Source of the DNA: Lama guanicoe
Taxonomy: Eukaryota
Length of the DNA stretch: 64,000 nt
Assembly: GCA_013239625.1 (NCBI GenBank)
Contig: MU054187.1
Coordinates: 13,424,974 to 13,488,973, forward strand
Reading direction: 5' to 3'
The stretch's first letter is position 1. Every line of letters begins with the position of its first letter. Position numbers and translations under genes: made by a program. Positions 50,410 to 63,320 of this stretch are shown here, piece by piece. The notes beneath the pieces were generated by a model that saw nothing but the letters and a program-made list of their open reading frames with translations, did not search any database and had not been told where the DNA came from.

Positions 50410-52020
50410 GTGTGTGTTTTCTTATATACTTTAGGAATTAATCCCTTATCATATATGTGTTTTGCAAATACTTTCTCCCATTTTGTAGGTTGCCTTTTTA
50501 GTCTGTTGGTTACTTCCTTTGCTGTGCAGAAGCTTTTTAGTTGGATGTAGTCCCACATACCTGTTTTCGCTCTGGTTGTCTGTGCTTTTGGTGTCAAATC
50601 CTAGAAAACATTGGCCAAAACCCATGTCAGGAAACTTTCCCTCTAAGTTTTCTTCTGTAAGTTTTAAAGTTTCAAGTCTTACATTTAAATCTGTAATTCA
50701 TTCTGAGTTGATTTTTGCGTGTGATGTAAGATGAGGGTCCGATTTCATTCTTTTGCATGTGGATATCAGTTTTCCTAACATCATTTGTTGAAGAGAGTAT
50801 CCTTTCCTCATTGTATTCTTAGCACACTTGTTGAAAATCAATTGTCTGAATATATACATGTATATTTCTGGGCTCTTCATTCTATTCTGTTGTTCTATGT
50901 CTGTCTTTATGCCAGTGTTGTACTAGTTTAATTAACTGTAGCTTTGTAAAAAAAACTCTGAAATCAGTGAGTATGGTGCCTCCAGCTTTGTTCTTCTTTT
51001 TCATGATTGATTTGACTATTCATATTCTTTTGTGGTTCCATATGGATTTTAGAATTGTTTTTTCTAGTTCTGTAAAAATGCATTGGGATTTTGAATTGGA
51101 TTGCATTGAGGTTGTAGATTACTTTGGATAATATGACATTTCAACAATATTAAGTCTTCCAATCTATGACCATGGCTTTCTTTCCATTTGTTTGTATCTT
51201 CTTTAATTTCCGCCATTAATGTTTTATAATTTTCAATTTCAGTCTTTCACCTGTTCAGTAAAGTTTATTCCAAAATATTTTATTCTTTTTGGTGTTATTA
51301 TGAATGAGATTGCTTTCCTCATTTCTTTTTCAAATAATTTGTTGTTAGTGTGTAGAAATGCAACTGATTTTTGCATGTTAATTTTGTATCCTAAGACTTT
51401 ATTGAATTTGTTTGTTAGTTATAATAGTTTTTTCATGAAGTCTTTAGGATTCCTTATATGTAAGAGCAGGCCAGTTTTAGTTTTAGAAATGGCAAAACTG
51501 GGCATCTTTTCTGTGTTCCAGGTTTTAGAGGAAAGCTTTCAGTTTTTTATCATTGAGTATGAGGTTAGCTGTGGGCTTTTCATAAATACCTTTATTTTGT
51601 TAAGTTCTTCTTTCTATTCCTAGTTTTTATCATTAAAGTGTTTTGAATTTTGATAAATACTTTTTCTGAATGTATTGAGATGATCATGTGATTTTTATCT
51701 TTTATTTTGTTAATATGGTATATCTGATTAATTGATTTTTGTGTTGAACCATCCTTGCATCCTACAGATAAATCCCACTTGGTCATGTTGTGTAATCCTT
51801 TTAATGTCCTGTTAAATTCTGTTTGCTAGCATTTTCTTAACGATTTTTTGTATCTATATTCATCAGGGATGTTGGCCTGTAGTTTTCTTGTGGTGCTTTA
51901 CTCTGGCTTTGGTAGAAGGGGAATGTTGGCCTCATGAAATGGGTTTGAAATGTCCTTTCCTCTTCAGTTTCTTGGAAGAGTTTGAGAAAGATTAGCATTA
52001 ATTCTCCTTTAAATGTTTAG
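50410..52020 (-). mobile_element. L1 ORF2 fragment (RT to C-terminal region), disrupted
   Basis: Peptides [22 protein letters not shown] and TPKAQ...WDYIQLKSFCTAKE...RQPTKWEKVFA match L1 ORF2p; many stops and frameshifts. Confidence 0.95.
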
Positions 52021-54179
52021 CAGATCTTATTTTTTTTAGCAGATCTTATTTTTAAAGATAGTATCGCCACTTAACTGCTATGTAATTCAAAGAGTAAATA
52101 TAGCCACCTCATATCTTTTCTCATCTTTAAATGGGAAAATAGATGTAAAGTCTTACCACAGAGTATGGGATATAAATGAAGCTCCATTAAAGGTAGTTTT
52201 TCTTTCCCTCTATCTCAATAGGCATATAAGGAAAGCTCAGTAAATATTCATAGAAATTTTAAAACTTGTCTACACACACACACTCATAATTTACATATCA
52301 CTGTAACAATAAAATCTCATTTTTAGTTTGTATCTGGCAGTGAATAGTACCTGATACAAGCTTTTAACTTTTTATACAATAAACAACATAATTTATTATT
52401 ATTATATAAAAAGTGACATTTTAAAAATATTTGATTAGTGATTTGTTATTAACATTTACAAAATTGAATTAGGATAATAAATTGTTATCCTTTACTAACA
52501 CATTAATATATTTACAAGATTAACCTCTTAACTTTAAAAATAACATTTTTATGCAAGTATATTATCAGAAATTGTTCAATAAATCCAAGAACCATGATTG
52601 TAGCGTTAAGCTCTAAGCTGTTAACAAAAAACTATGAAAGCTCTTTTTCTGGAAGGCTTCAAATCAAAATGATTCAGATCCTTTCCAAATATATTTTTCT
52701 GGAATAATTTGTTCTGTTTTATTTTATATATTTAACCCTAAATTCTATAAGTAAAATTCCAAAATACCTGATGGGTAATGAGACGTTTCCACTTTATTTG
52801 CATTCTACACTGGGCAATCTATTCTTCTTCCATTTCATTTACAAGATCACTTAAGAAAAACCTAAACTAATGAAATTTAACTTTTTTTAGACATATTGAC
52901 TTCCTAAAAAGTCAAAACTGAGTTTCCAACCTACTTCATTTGTTATGCTGGAATTTTACCAGTGTTATACTTTCCCTTTCAATATATTATGCATAGGTAA
53001 GGCCAGTGCATACCTGGAGATTGAGGACAGATTTTCAAATCTATTTTCAAATGTCCAAATGTTCTGACTGTAACTTAGCAGGTTATAATTAAATATTATT
53101 TCTATCCTTGATTTCTAGGAACCTCCTTAACAGCATTATTTTATCAGTGACTATGTAAAATACAGTACAATTATAAACATCTTAAACTTAAAATTTAATT
53201 TACAATAGAGATTTCTTTATCTCACTATATTATAAGGAATTTCCTAATTTTGATAATATTCAGGTTGATTTTCAAAATGTCAGTGTATGCAAATATTTTC
53301 ATTTGGTTATTTTCACAACTAGTGTATTTGTCTAAATATTACCCATCAGTGGGATTATCTGCAGCATAGTTCACACAAATAAATGCATTTAACTTAAGTT
53401 AGTTCATATCAACCTCATTAAGTTAGCTTTGGTTCATTTGTGGTTCTCTGTAGTACTATTACTTTTCTCCTCACTTTTAAAATGAGTTGCTTAAAAAAAA
53501 TAACAAAAAAAAGCCAAATGAAAATCACTTTGTATGAAATATTCCTGTTGCCTTGTAAAATTAGCGACAATAAGATTTATGAAGCTAATGATATATCAGT
53601 TATTGGCTATGGAAGTGGCTGGGTGTTTTGACAGGTAGGCATATGCACATATAGAATGAGTGTAACTTGATATAAATGGAATTTCACTTTGAAAGAAGTA
53701 ATTTATTGCATACATGATCCATCCGATCTGATAAAGGAAAAGTATTCACCGCCAAAATTATAGTACCTCCTATAAAGAAATTCTTAGATGAATGTTCTGT
53801 GCTATTTTAATATTGAACAGATTGGTCTTTTCTTAGATCCTTGTCAAATAAAATAATTCTTCATCAGACTAAAATGAAATTGCATATTTTAAAAATAATT
53901 GAAGATGAGCTTTCTTTGGGTCAAAGATTGAAACTTTTTTTAACTTAAATGCAAATTATGTAATTGAATATGAAAAATAGTGTGTAACTATTATCAAGAT
54001 TCTCTTTCAAAATTAACTCAGCTTATGGAGTTTAACACAAATTCTTTTCTATGTTGTTGGAGCGACTTCTTGAATTGGCACAGTTGTCATTAATTTGAAA
54101 AGAGATTTTAAACCACCTTAAGGAAAACTTGCCACCCTCCCACCCGCCGCCCCTCAATCTATCTCCCATTCAAGTTGCC

Positions 54180-54785
54180 CCAGCAACTGGTATCTGCCAT
54201 TATCTTTTCCATTACTTTAGTGATGACTTTGTTCAACAGAGTGACCTCCCGCCTAGACTTCCTAGCTAGAAATTTGTGTATCCTCAGCTTTTCTCTCACT
54301 TACAGCCTCCATACTCATAAATACCTCACAAAATCTGTCCTTTTTCTCCCGTATGGCTGCTTCCTGAAGTCTCTGAGCACCACATCTCCACCACGAGGCT
54401 GTTAGTAGGCTGCTCCTGCACTCTCTCTCCCTCTTCTGCTCAGTCACTCACAGGTCTTTTGCTTCAGGCACACTAAATTCTCACCTTTCCTGAAACATGT
54501 CTGGCCCTTTCACACCTCCATGGCTTTCTTTTCCTGGCTCTACTTTTATTCTGCTTAGCCTAAAATAAAAAAATAAACAAAGAAAGTAACTCACCAATCA
54601 GTAGTCATCTCAAATGCCACCATCTTTGTGAAGCCTTCCTTGACTGGCTTTTCTGTACTCCAACAGCATCTGTCTCACAGCACTCAGCATATTGTGGTAT
54701 AATTTTACCTACATCCTCCCCACCTACTAGATCAAGCTGCCTGAGAGCAGGGATGATTTCTTAACTAGCCTGGGTGCTGACAGGC
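54180..54785 (+). mobile_element. L2 fragment
   Basis: tctcaaatgccaccatctttgtgaagccttccttgact...ctagatcaagctgcctgagagcaggga. Confidence 0.7.
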
Positions 54786-54789
54786 TGCA

Positions 54790-54848
54790 TTTTTTTTTCA
54801 GTTGAAGTATAGTCAGTTTATAATGTTGTGTCAATTTTTGGTGTATAT
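54790..54848 (-). mobile_element. Short camelid-type L1 3' tail
   Basis: Poly-T then gttgaagtatagtcagtttataatgttgtgtcaatttttggtgta. Confidence 0.8.
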
Positions 54849-56407
54849 GTCTGCTATAAAAAATGTATTCTTTTGATTTTTTTAGAATTAACTGCATATA
54901 TACATTTGGAGGCATGGAAGTACCTCTGAGACTGCTGTGACCACCCTGTCACCAAGGTAAGTCTGTCCTCACATTATCCACAAATTGTTGGTCCAGAGTA
55001 ATTCCAAGTGACAAAAGGGAATACAGGCTGCCACCACCCTCGTGGACAGCGCCCCACTGCAGTGGAGCTGATAGACTGTTAGGAGAGTTATCCCAATATG
55101 CGACATGTTTTCCTTCCAATAACATTGTGAATTGCGTGCTCATTTTAAGGCTTGACTTAGTTGATGCTATGAATCCAAACCACGTTCTGAGCTCCTGTAA
55201 GAATGCAGTGCTTCTGGGTATTAGCTTTGTTTTCTTAGTGACATCAGTTTGTTTTAACATTCCCATCAGGGATTCTTGTTGTGAGAGGAGATGTAAATTA
55301 GGCTTTATTTTGTTTATTCTGAGTGGCTCATGAGCAGAATTTTGATGAAATGGTCTTTGAAAATCCAGAAGACCCTGCACACTGTGGTAGCCTAATCCAG
55401 TTTCTCCTTTGCTATCCCATCTGACATCCTTCTGGAAAAAAAGAATGAGTATTTTAGACAGGAGACAAACTCAAGGGAAAGAAGGGGTTGGGGGGTGAAA
55501 TGGGGGCCAGATGAGAACTTTAGTTTTGGTGAAACGTATCTGCTCATTTGCTGTTCCGATTCTCAGTCTGCCAGCTTCCCCTGCTTCTCCACTCTGGTTG
55601 ACTCCCCCCCCCCACCGCCTGGTAAGCTGCTCCAAGGAGCAATTTATAAACTTGCAGTTCATATCCTGGTTGCTGTTCCAGGACTGACATGAAATTAAAT
55701 CAGTCTTGAGTGGTGCAGGATACAAAAACTACCTTCCGAGTTTACGGAGCCCTCCACAACTCCTCATAAATCTTGGAAAGGTGGCATTCCACCAGTAACT
55801 GCCCAGTTTCTCTGCTCTCAAAAGGACCTTGAAATGGAAACAATGAAGTTTTCTTTGAGGCCATATTTCATACCGCAAAGAGAAAGATGTACATGGGAGC
55901 CACATTCTTAAGCACCCTTTCCAACTCTGGGGCAAGCACTTGGTAAGACAGAGTTAAAAAAGCCCTTAACTCACTCCTCTACCTTCCACATTATTGGGGC
56001 CACAGGGTCTGGAAACACCCACGAAAAGTTGACTGGACCCACAAAAGTTCTTTGTTGTTTTTTTAGAGCAGAAGGTAAGTTTTTGAAAACTCGATGAGCC
56101 TATAAACATGCCTTTTCTACAAATGTGTCACTCCTCAGTTTCTAAGGACTCTGAAGCATGTTGCTGGGAGCTCAGCAGTGTCGCTGAGAAAAGATTTGAA
56201 GCAGATGCTGGGACATGATTGTGTGCTGAACTCCACCTAATGTTAACTCACATGTTTTAATGTTTTCAAACTAAGTCTTAAATTGAGTCAAATCTGCCCT
56301 AAAATCTTGGGACAGAGTCAGTTATCAAGTCCCGTGCAAAGTGTTTTTTAAGCATCAACGCTTAATTTTCCCCAAACCACTCTGAGCAAAGCATTATTAT
56401 CATCCCT

Positions 56408-56887
56408 TGTGATGTTTAATTTTGTGCCCACTGGCTTGGCCACGGTACCCATGGTACCCAATTTGGGGCTAAGCATCAGTCTAGATGTCACTGGGAAGGT
56501 GTGTTTTAGATGAGACTAGCATTTAAATCAGTAAATTTTGAGTAAAGCAGTTGACCTTCTATGATGTGAGCAAACTCATCTAATCAGTTGAAGGCCTGAA
56601 GTAAATAAGACTGAACTCCCCTGAGGAAGCGGGAATGCTGCCTCCAGACTGCTTTTAGACTCAAGCTGCAGCCTCAGCCCTTCCCTGGGTCTCCAGCCCC
56701 CAGGCCTGCCCTGTATTTTTCACACTTGCCAGCCCTCAAAATCATATGCACCAGTTCCTTAAAATAAATCCCCCAAAAGTAAATGGATAAATAATATATA
56801 TATATATGTATATCTAGATATATTATGTTATATGTATGTGTAGATCTGGATATATAGAGAGTTCTCTGGAGAATGCTGACAACTACA
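56408..56887 (+). mobile_element. MLT2 (ERVL) solo LTR inserted into a MIR (halves ~56340-56407 and ~56888-56980)
   Basis: tgtgatgtttaatttt...gcatttaaatcagtaaattttgagtaaagcag...TA-rich tract...ctctggagaatgctgacaactaca. Confidence 0.88.
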
Positions 56888-57441
56888 TCTTCATTTTACA
56901 AATGATGAAAGCAAATCTCAGAGAGAACCAGCAACTTGCTATAGGCCACACAGCTAGGTAGAAGCAGGGTAGAGTGTGGGCTGCCCTTTCTTGCAAAGCC
57001 ATCATCCTAGTCCAACTAGAGCCCAGGTTCCTCCCAGCCTGAGGCCAAGAACCACATGAGGGGCGTGTGAGGAGCTGGTTGTGTTTAATCCTGTCATCGC
57101 TTTATTGGAAAGCTTTCCACTGCAGCCCGAGGGAAGGCAAATGATTTGCTTGGATGAATGTGGCCACCAGTGCGTTCTTTCCCTTAATCTAAACAGAGCC
57201 TCAGGCACACTCCATTGATCATGCCTTCAAGCTGAAAGGTTGCCTTAATGCTGGCCAGCAAATATTATGTTTCTCATGCTGTCAACCACATTTCCTGATC
57301 TACTCTGATGAGATACATAAACAGCTTCAGTAAAACAGAGCCCGAGCTTTGCTGTTCAAAATATAAGATAAGGCCTCCATAAAGATTCATCAACAGCAGA
57401 GACGCTGTCTGTGCTAGGCCTGAGCCCTCAGAGCTCACAGC

Positions 57442-57442
<1 letters not shown>

Positions 57443-57472
<30 letters not shown>
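57443..57472. repeat. (TG)n microsatellite
   Basis: Perfect TG run. Confidence 0.95.
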
Positions 57473-57473
<1 letters not shown>

Positions 57474-58546
57474 ATGTTATAAGAAGGGTCACTGGGCAAA
57501 TAGCGATGATTTATAATCACGTTTTAGTAGTGGCTGGTGCTCTGGCTAAGGGATGCCTTGGGGAGAAGAGAGGGTTAAAATAACTGAGCAGGGTCACAAA
57601 GTGGTCTCGCATTCATGACCCAGCACATGGTTGATTGACGTTCCTAAAAGTTACTCAGTCATTTTATATCTGCTAAGAATTGTCACCCTGTCCCAACTAA
57701 GAACAGGGAAGAGGTGGGCTGATGCCTGCAAGGTATAGAAGGCTTGTGAAGGAAGGATAAGGACTCTCCTAAAATTCAGTTAGAGAAATGAAGCAATCAA
57801 ATCCAAACATCTTATACCTCCAAACCATCATGCCTGCTTCAGATACATCTTATACTATAAACACATGCAAGGCAGGAAAAATTTTTAGAATTTTATTGCA
57901 GATATGTGTGTTTAATTTATTTTTCTAACATTTGTCCTGATGATGGACTAAAGGGTTTTTCTGGTTCCAGCTTCTTTGAAGGAGAACATATGCCTTTTCT
58001 AGATGCTTTTTGGTATTTGTTTTTCTGAAGGGTTAAAGGATAATCAGTATCAGTTTTAAAACTGAAAATGTAAAGTGAGAGCAAGAAGAGAATTATACAA
58101 AATTGCTCAATGGGAGAATGTAAGAAGTTAACATACTAGGTGAAGTTTTAATGTGCATTAATATTTATATGTAACTCTAAAAGACATTTTGCTCACATAA
58201 AGAGCTGAGTACTCGCCGCTTTAAAGATCACTTACCATTTTCCTAAACAAACCAATACAATTTCTACTCAATACTAAGAATAATTGCCAACTTCTATTGA
58301 GTATTTACTGTGTTCCCAGGACTATTCTAAGTACTTTATACAAACTAGCTGAGAAAATCCTGCCAGCAACCAAAGAGTTTGCTGCTTTTTCCCCCCCTCT
58401 CTTAATCTCAGTCTATAAAATTATACATGCTAAATTAAATCTTTCTTGAACTAGACTAGTATTCTCCCAGATTTGGGTTAACATCAAATATAAATGTCTT
58501 TTATTTTCCTGAGATAGTAGTTTTATTTTCTTGGAATTATCGTAAC

Positions 58547-58680
58547 CAGTGGTTCCTATGTCTAGCTGTTCATCAAATTTATGTGAGGAGCTTTCAAAAA
58601 CTACAAGTTCCTGGGCCACACCCCCAACTGTTGAATCTATAAGGGGGGGATCTATAAGGCGGGGAGCTGGCATTCCAGCA
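58547..58680. mobile_element. MER5A-like hAT relic lying between MIR fragments (~58280-58370 and ~58690-58790)
   Basis: cagtggttcc...gaggagctttcaaaaactacaagttcctgggccacacccc. Confidence 0.6.
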
Positions 58681-59545
58681 AGGAAGGTGCTATTTTTATT
58701 CCTGTCACAGAAGAAGTAACCGAGTCACCTATGAGGTAAATAATGGCCTGAAGTTACACTGATAGTAAGTGGAAGAGCTAAAGGCAAACAAGGATGGCTG
58801 TAGGGGGTTTGCAGTTATACTCTGGTTAGCCAGTGCTGTTTGTGCTTCTATAACAAGGAACATACTTTCTTTGTACAAAGTACTCAAATGCTAAATGCTA
58901 AAACGAGATTAGGCTGCACTGAAGGGTACACTTGGGGAACTTGGGCCAGCTCTCTGAGGCTTCCAGAAAAATAAATAGATTTGGACTATCTTTCATTCTT
59001 TCCTTTAGATCAAATATCCTTAGGTTTGTTCACCTCAGTCTATAAAATTATACCTACTAAATTTAATGCTATATATATGCTAAGTATACTGCTGAGTATC
59101 ACTTAGCTTATACATGCTAAGTTTAAATGCTAGATGCAAATGGGTTTCACTTGTTCGATGGACTGGAGAGAACCCTTCAGACTCATGCGGATCTGTGTGC
59201 ACAGCTGTACAGACATTTGGGACCATAGGCATTTTCGGGAAGAACAGACGTAACCAGACGTAACCCTGACCTACAGTCAGCAGACAGGGTCCTGGTCACT
59301 TCCTGTCTGCTCAGCCCTGAGCCAATCTCAGGATCTCTTTGGGGTCACTTCTAGTTTTTGCATCTAAGTTACAGGGTCCCCCAAAGGACAGTGCCCCAGG
59401 TACTCTCCAATGAGGAGTTCTACAGCTTCCCAAACAAAGGCTTAGAACAGAGGGGCAGGGCCAGCATTTGAGAAGCCCATTTCTGAATCAAGGCAAATTC
59501 TTAATAAGAAACAAAAGTGAATCTCTGATAAAATCCAGACATGGA

Positions 59546-59914
59546 TGGACCTAGAGATTATCATACTAAATGAAGTAAATCAGACAAAGACAAATATCAT
59601 ATCACATATATGTGGAATCTAAGAAAAATTATACAAATGAACTGATTTAGAAAATAGACTCACAGACATAGAAAACAAATTTATGATGATCAAAGGGGAA
59701 AGGTGGGGAGAGGGCTAAATTAGGAGTTTGGGATTAGCGGATACAAACGACAGTATATAAAATAGGCTACTGTATAGCACAGGGAACTATATTCAGTATC
59801 TTGTAATAAACTGTTATGAAAAACAACATACATGTATAGTATAACTGAATCATTATGCTGTACACCAGGAACTTACACAACAAGTATATCAAGTATACTT
59901 CAATTTTTTTAAAA
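59546..59914 (+). mobile_element. 5'-truncated artiodactyl/camelid L1 with 16-bp TSD
   Basis: TSD aaaatccagaYatgga at 59530-59545 and 59915-59930; ctactgtatagcacagggaactatattcagtatcttg. Confidence 0.9.
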
Positions 59915-61416
59915 AAAATCCAGATATGGAGAGCCTTAGAGAAGGTCCTTCCCTTCAGTTCACATTGGCTTGCTTGGCATGACATTACCAAGCCATAGGT
60001 GGTGGGGAAGGACAGGGTGCACTTAGTTTTCCATCTGTGGAAGGGAACATTCTGTTCCATTTGCTATTTTAAAAGTTCTCGCAACATACTTCCCCACATT
60101 TTCTAAGGAAAGGAATTTTATATTATAAACATTACAGTCAGGACCTTTACTGTAACAGTAGGTTTTTTCCTTAATTTTCTCTTAATTCCCAAGTACACAA
60201 TACAGAGATAAACAGATCTAGCCTTTTTCCATTTAAAGCTCTGAAGTGTTTATATATAAATCCAGGAGCACTGCAATCCAGTGCACAGAGTGATACAGAT
60301 CGAGTTACTCTGCCTTACACTGCATTCTTTGGTTGTAACTTCCTGTTTATTTAAGGTAAAGAAGGGTCTTGTTCCCACAGCCTGGAATTAGATATAAGCC
60401 GTGTGCACCCACCAGAGCTGGACTTACAAGGACCATCTCTGTTTTTTAAACAAGCTGTGTTTACTCTAACCTCTACAGGGTTTAGACCTGCCCATTTCCT
60501 CATTATGTTTATGCTGCATAGCTCTATTTACGTATTTCTTCCAAAACCCTATGATAGTAGCTGCACACATTGTGATTTCTTTCCACTATAATGTAACACC
60601 TTTTTCTCGTATATCACATCTGGCAACTGCTACCTTATGGCACTGCCAAATCTACTGTCTTCTGCTGTTCACTGTTGACTACCTGGTAACATCTGAAATA
60701 AACATGAAATTGACACAGATCCACTTTATAAAATAAATAGAACAATTCTGTGCAGCCCCAACTTTATGAAATGCGATTCATTCCACCGTACCTAAGTTTA
60801 CTTAAATTGAAAGAAATGTTGGTCTCCCCAGCCGAAGAGTGATCAGCTTGTCCAATGAGGCTGAGCTTTGCCTGTCCTTAGTGTCTTCATCCTTACTTGC
60901 CAGTTGGGGGCCCCTGCATTGCTGACTACCTACAAGGGCCTTTGTGCCCTCTTGCCATAATGCCTTGCAACGGTGATTACTGATTCAGCCCTTTGCCTTC
61001 AAAGCAAGTACCTAAGAATTGCTCATTTTTGGTTTCTGACTAATCTTCCTATTTTCAGATGCAATGCTGACTAATCTTCCTATTTTCAGATGTGGTGCTG
61101 AGTGGACTTACAGAAATGCAAAGTAAGGAGGTAGTTTAAGAATTAGCAAAAGTCTTTAATGAGAAATTGATTTAGCATCGAGGGACATCCACGTGGGGAG
61201 CTGGAACACATTTTGAGAGTATCTTATAATCTTATAACTAGACCTACACATGAGTCCCTGCCCAGTGACAGCAGATAAATAGGTCAGATCTTCTGGAAAT
61301 TCTAGAGAACAGTTAAGTGATGACCCTTCTCAGTTTCTGTTTCTGTTCTGATTCAGTTTTAACTCTTGTAGGGTATTACAGACTTTTACATTGTCCTGAA
61401 TATTGCTCTTCTGCTC

Positions 61417-61598
61417 CAGTATATGTCAACCTTGGGCTATTGAATTTTGGGTCTAATTCTTTGTTGTGGAAGCTGTCCTATACATTGTAGGATATTTGGC
61501 ATCATACTCATTAGATGCATGTAGCATTCCCCCCACCCTAATTGTGACAACCAAAATGTCCCTGTCCCCTGTTCTCTGCCCCACATTGAGTACTACTG
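61417..61598. mobile_element. MER20-like hAT-Charlie element
   Basis: ttctttgttgtggaagctgtcctatacattgtaggatatttggcatc...ttgtgacaaccaaaatgtc. Confidence 0.8.
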
Positions 61599-63320
61599 CT
61601 TTAATCCTCTACTCCTAAAGTCACAGAGGGCAGAGTAGGGAGCAAGCTGCATCTTTGTCAAGTGGATGAAGGTATGTACTTCCTATAAGCCAAATGCAGA
61701 CCCTAGAGAAGGGAGTCAGCCACTCCCCATCTTATAAAGGACCCTTCCCTAGAGGGCTTCCAGCCAGCAATGAAGCACCTAAACCAAAAAGGCTGGATAT
61801 ATGACATGGGATATAAAGATGAGGGGTGGGAAGGCAGAAGTAACTAGCAGAGGGACAGAACACACACCAGGGAGCTGCAGTTAGAGGTCCCCAGCAGAAG
61901 ACTCTCAAAAACTCACACTAGCATCTCATGAAAGAGTTCACTCTGGATGTTTGCTGGAGGGTACCAATGTTAGATCAGAGCTGCACTATTCCATTAGGAC
62001 TCCTCCTTTTCCCCTCGCTGTAGGACAAAAGGCAGCATACTGAATGTGGGAGGAAGGACTGATGAGGAGAGAGAGGAGAGGACAAATATGACACAGCCTC
62101 TCCACACTGCAGGCTCCTAAAGCAAGCCAGGCTAGGACAGGGGAAATATGCTAAATTAGGTGAGAACCTTTCGTTTTCAGATTGAACTTTTCATTACCTA
62201 AAAGTGACTGGAAGGTTTTTTGCCAATGGGCAAAGAGAAGTAAATCCTGAGTGAGTTTGTCAGACTTAAAATTGCTTTTCAGCCTGTAATTTACCAAGTT
62301 CTTCAGACTGTAACAGGCATATGCCCATCTTTGAGGTCTTCAAACTAGATGAAAACAGTAAACATTCGGCACTTAAATTTCCAATTGTAAAATGGAACAG
62401 ACATTCAATAGGAAGCTGAAATGCCCTAAAGAAGGAAAACATTGGCTCCTGTTAACCAATTGTGCCAACTCCACCCTCTCTTGGACTCTTGTGCTGGACA
62501 CAGTTGACTTTTCTGGGTATTAAGTTCTAGCTTCTTGTATTTTCATGAATGTCTTCGTCTTCTATCCTGCAGTGATAAGACACATCACTGACCACTCTCC
62601 TCTCTAGATGCAGTGAGGGAACAGCCATAAGCTCCTGCTGCATCCAAGCCTTTTAAAGAACACATTAATAAGTGAGACTGTAGCCACAGGATGACAACCA
62701 AGGAGTGGACTGATCAACCAAGGTAGAATATTTTATTTAAAAATGTTGGAGGAAATGAGCTTGTATATAAAGAGAAGGGAAAGAATGAAATAATGGAATC
62801 CACACTAATCATCTTTCAATTTATAAAATTAAAAAGGGAAAATTATGTGCTAACCAAGAAGACTAGCTGGGGCAGGGGTTAGAGGAAGCAAATATAAAGT
62901 GAAAACACGGCCTGTTTAAGACTTTGGCTGTGCTGGTGATTGATGGCTCCCTGTCAGGAAAACACGTGAAGAGTTCTTGAACTGGATAAAATAACATTTT
63001 TTTTTTAGGGGATGAAATCAGCATTATTGTAGTCTGTTCATTTATTGGTGGTTTTTGGGGTCCCTGTGAACACTGGGTCTGGTCTGGGGCTGCTTTGGGC
63101 TCTCTGTTTATTATCATCCTCATTGCCAGTTTCTTCTTTCTGGCTCTGAGGAAGGCTAGGCCTGCTTTGTCTTCAGACCAGCCCCTACTCCTTGCCCCAG
63201 CTTGGCCTGCACGAGAAGACAAGGCAGGGCCTCTGAGTGTAGATGAGGAATAAACTCCTCCAGCCCAATGAGTCACTAGCAGATTTTGCCTATCAGATAC
63301 TGGTCAAGAAGAAAATGGTC

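Noticed and set aside
51219..51623. 134-aa hydrophobic ORF
   Set aside because: Antisense shadow of L1 ORF2
55732..55830. Coding exon upstream of the 54949-55432 ORF
   Set aside because: Its open frame ends in phase 2, and splicing to 55432 would hit a stop within ~12 codons
61620..62230. Possible ancient LTR
   Set aside because: Suggestive composition but no termini, TSD or family I can identify
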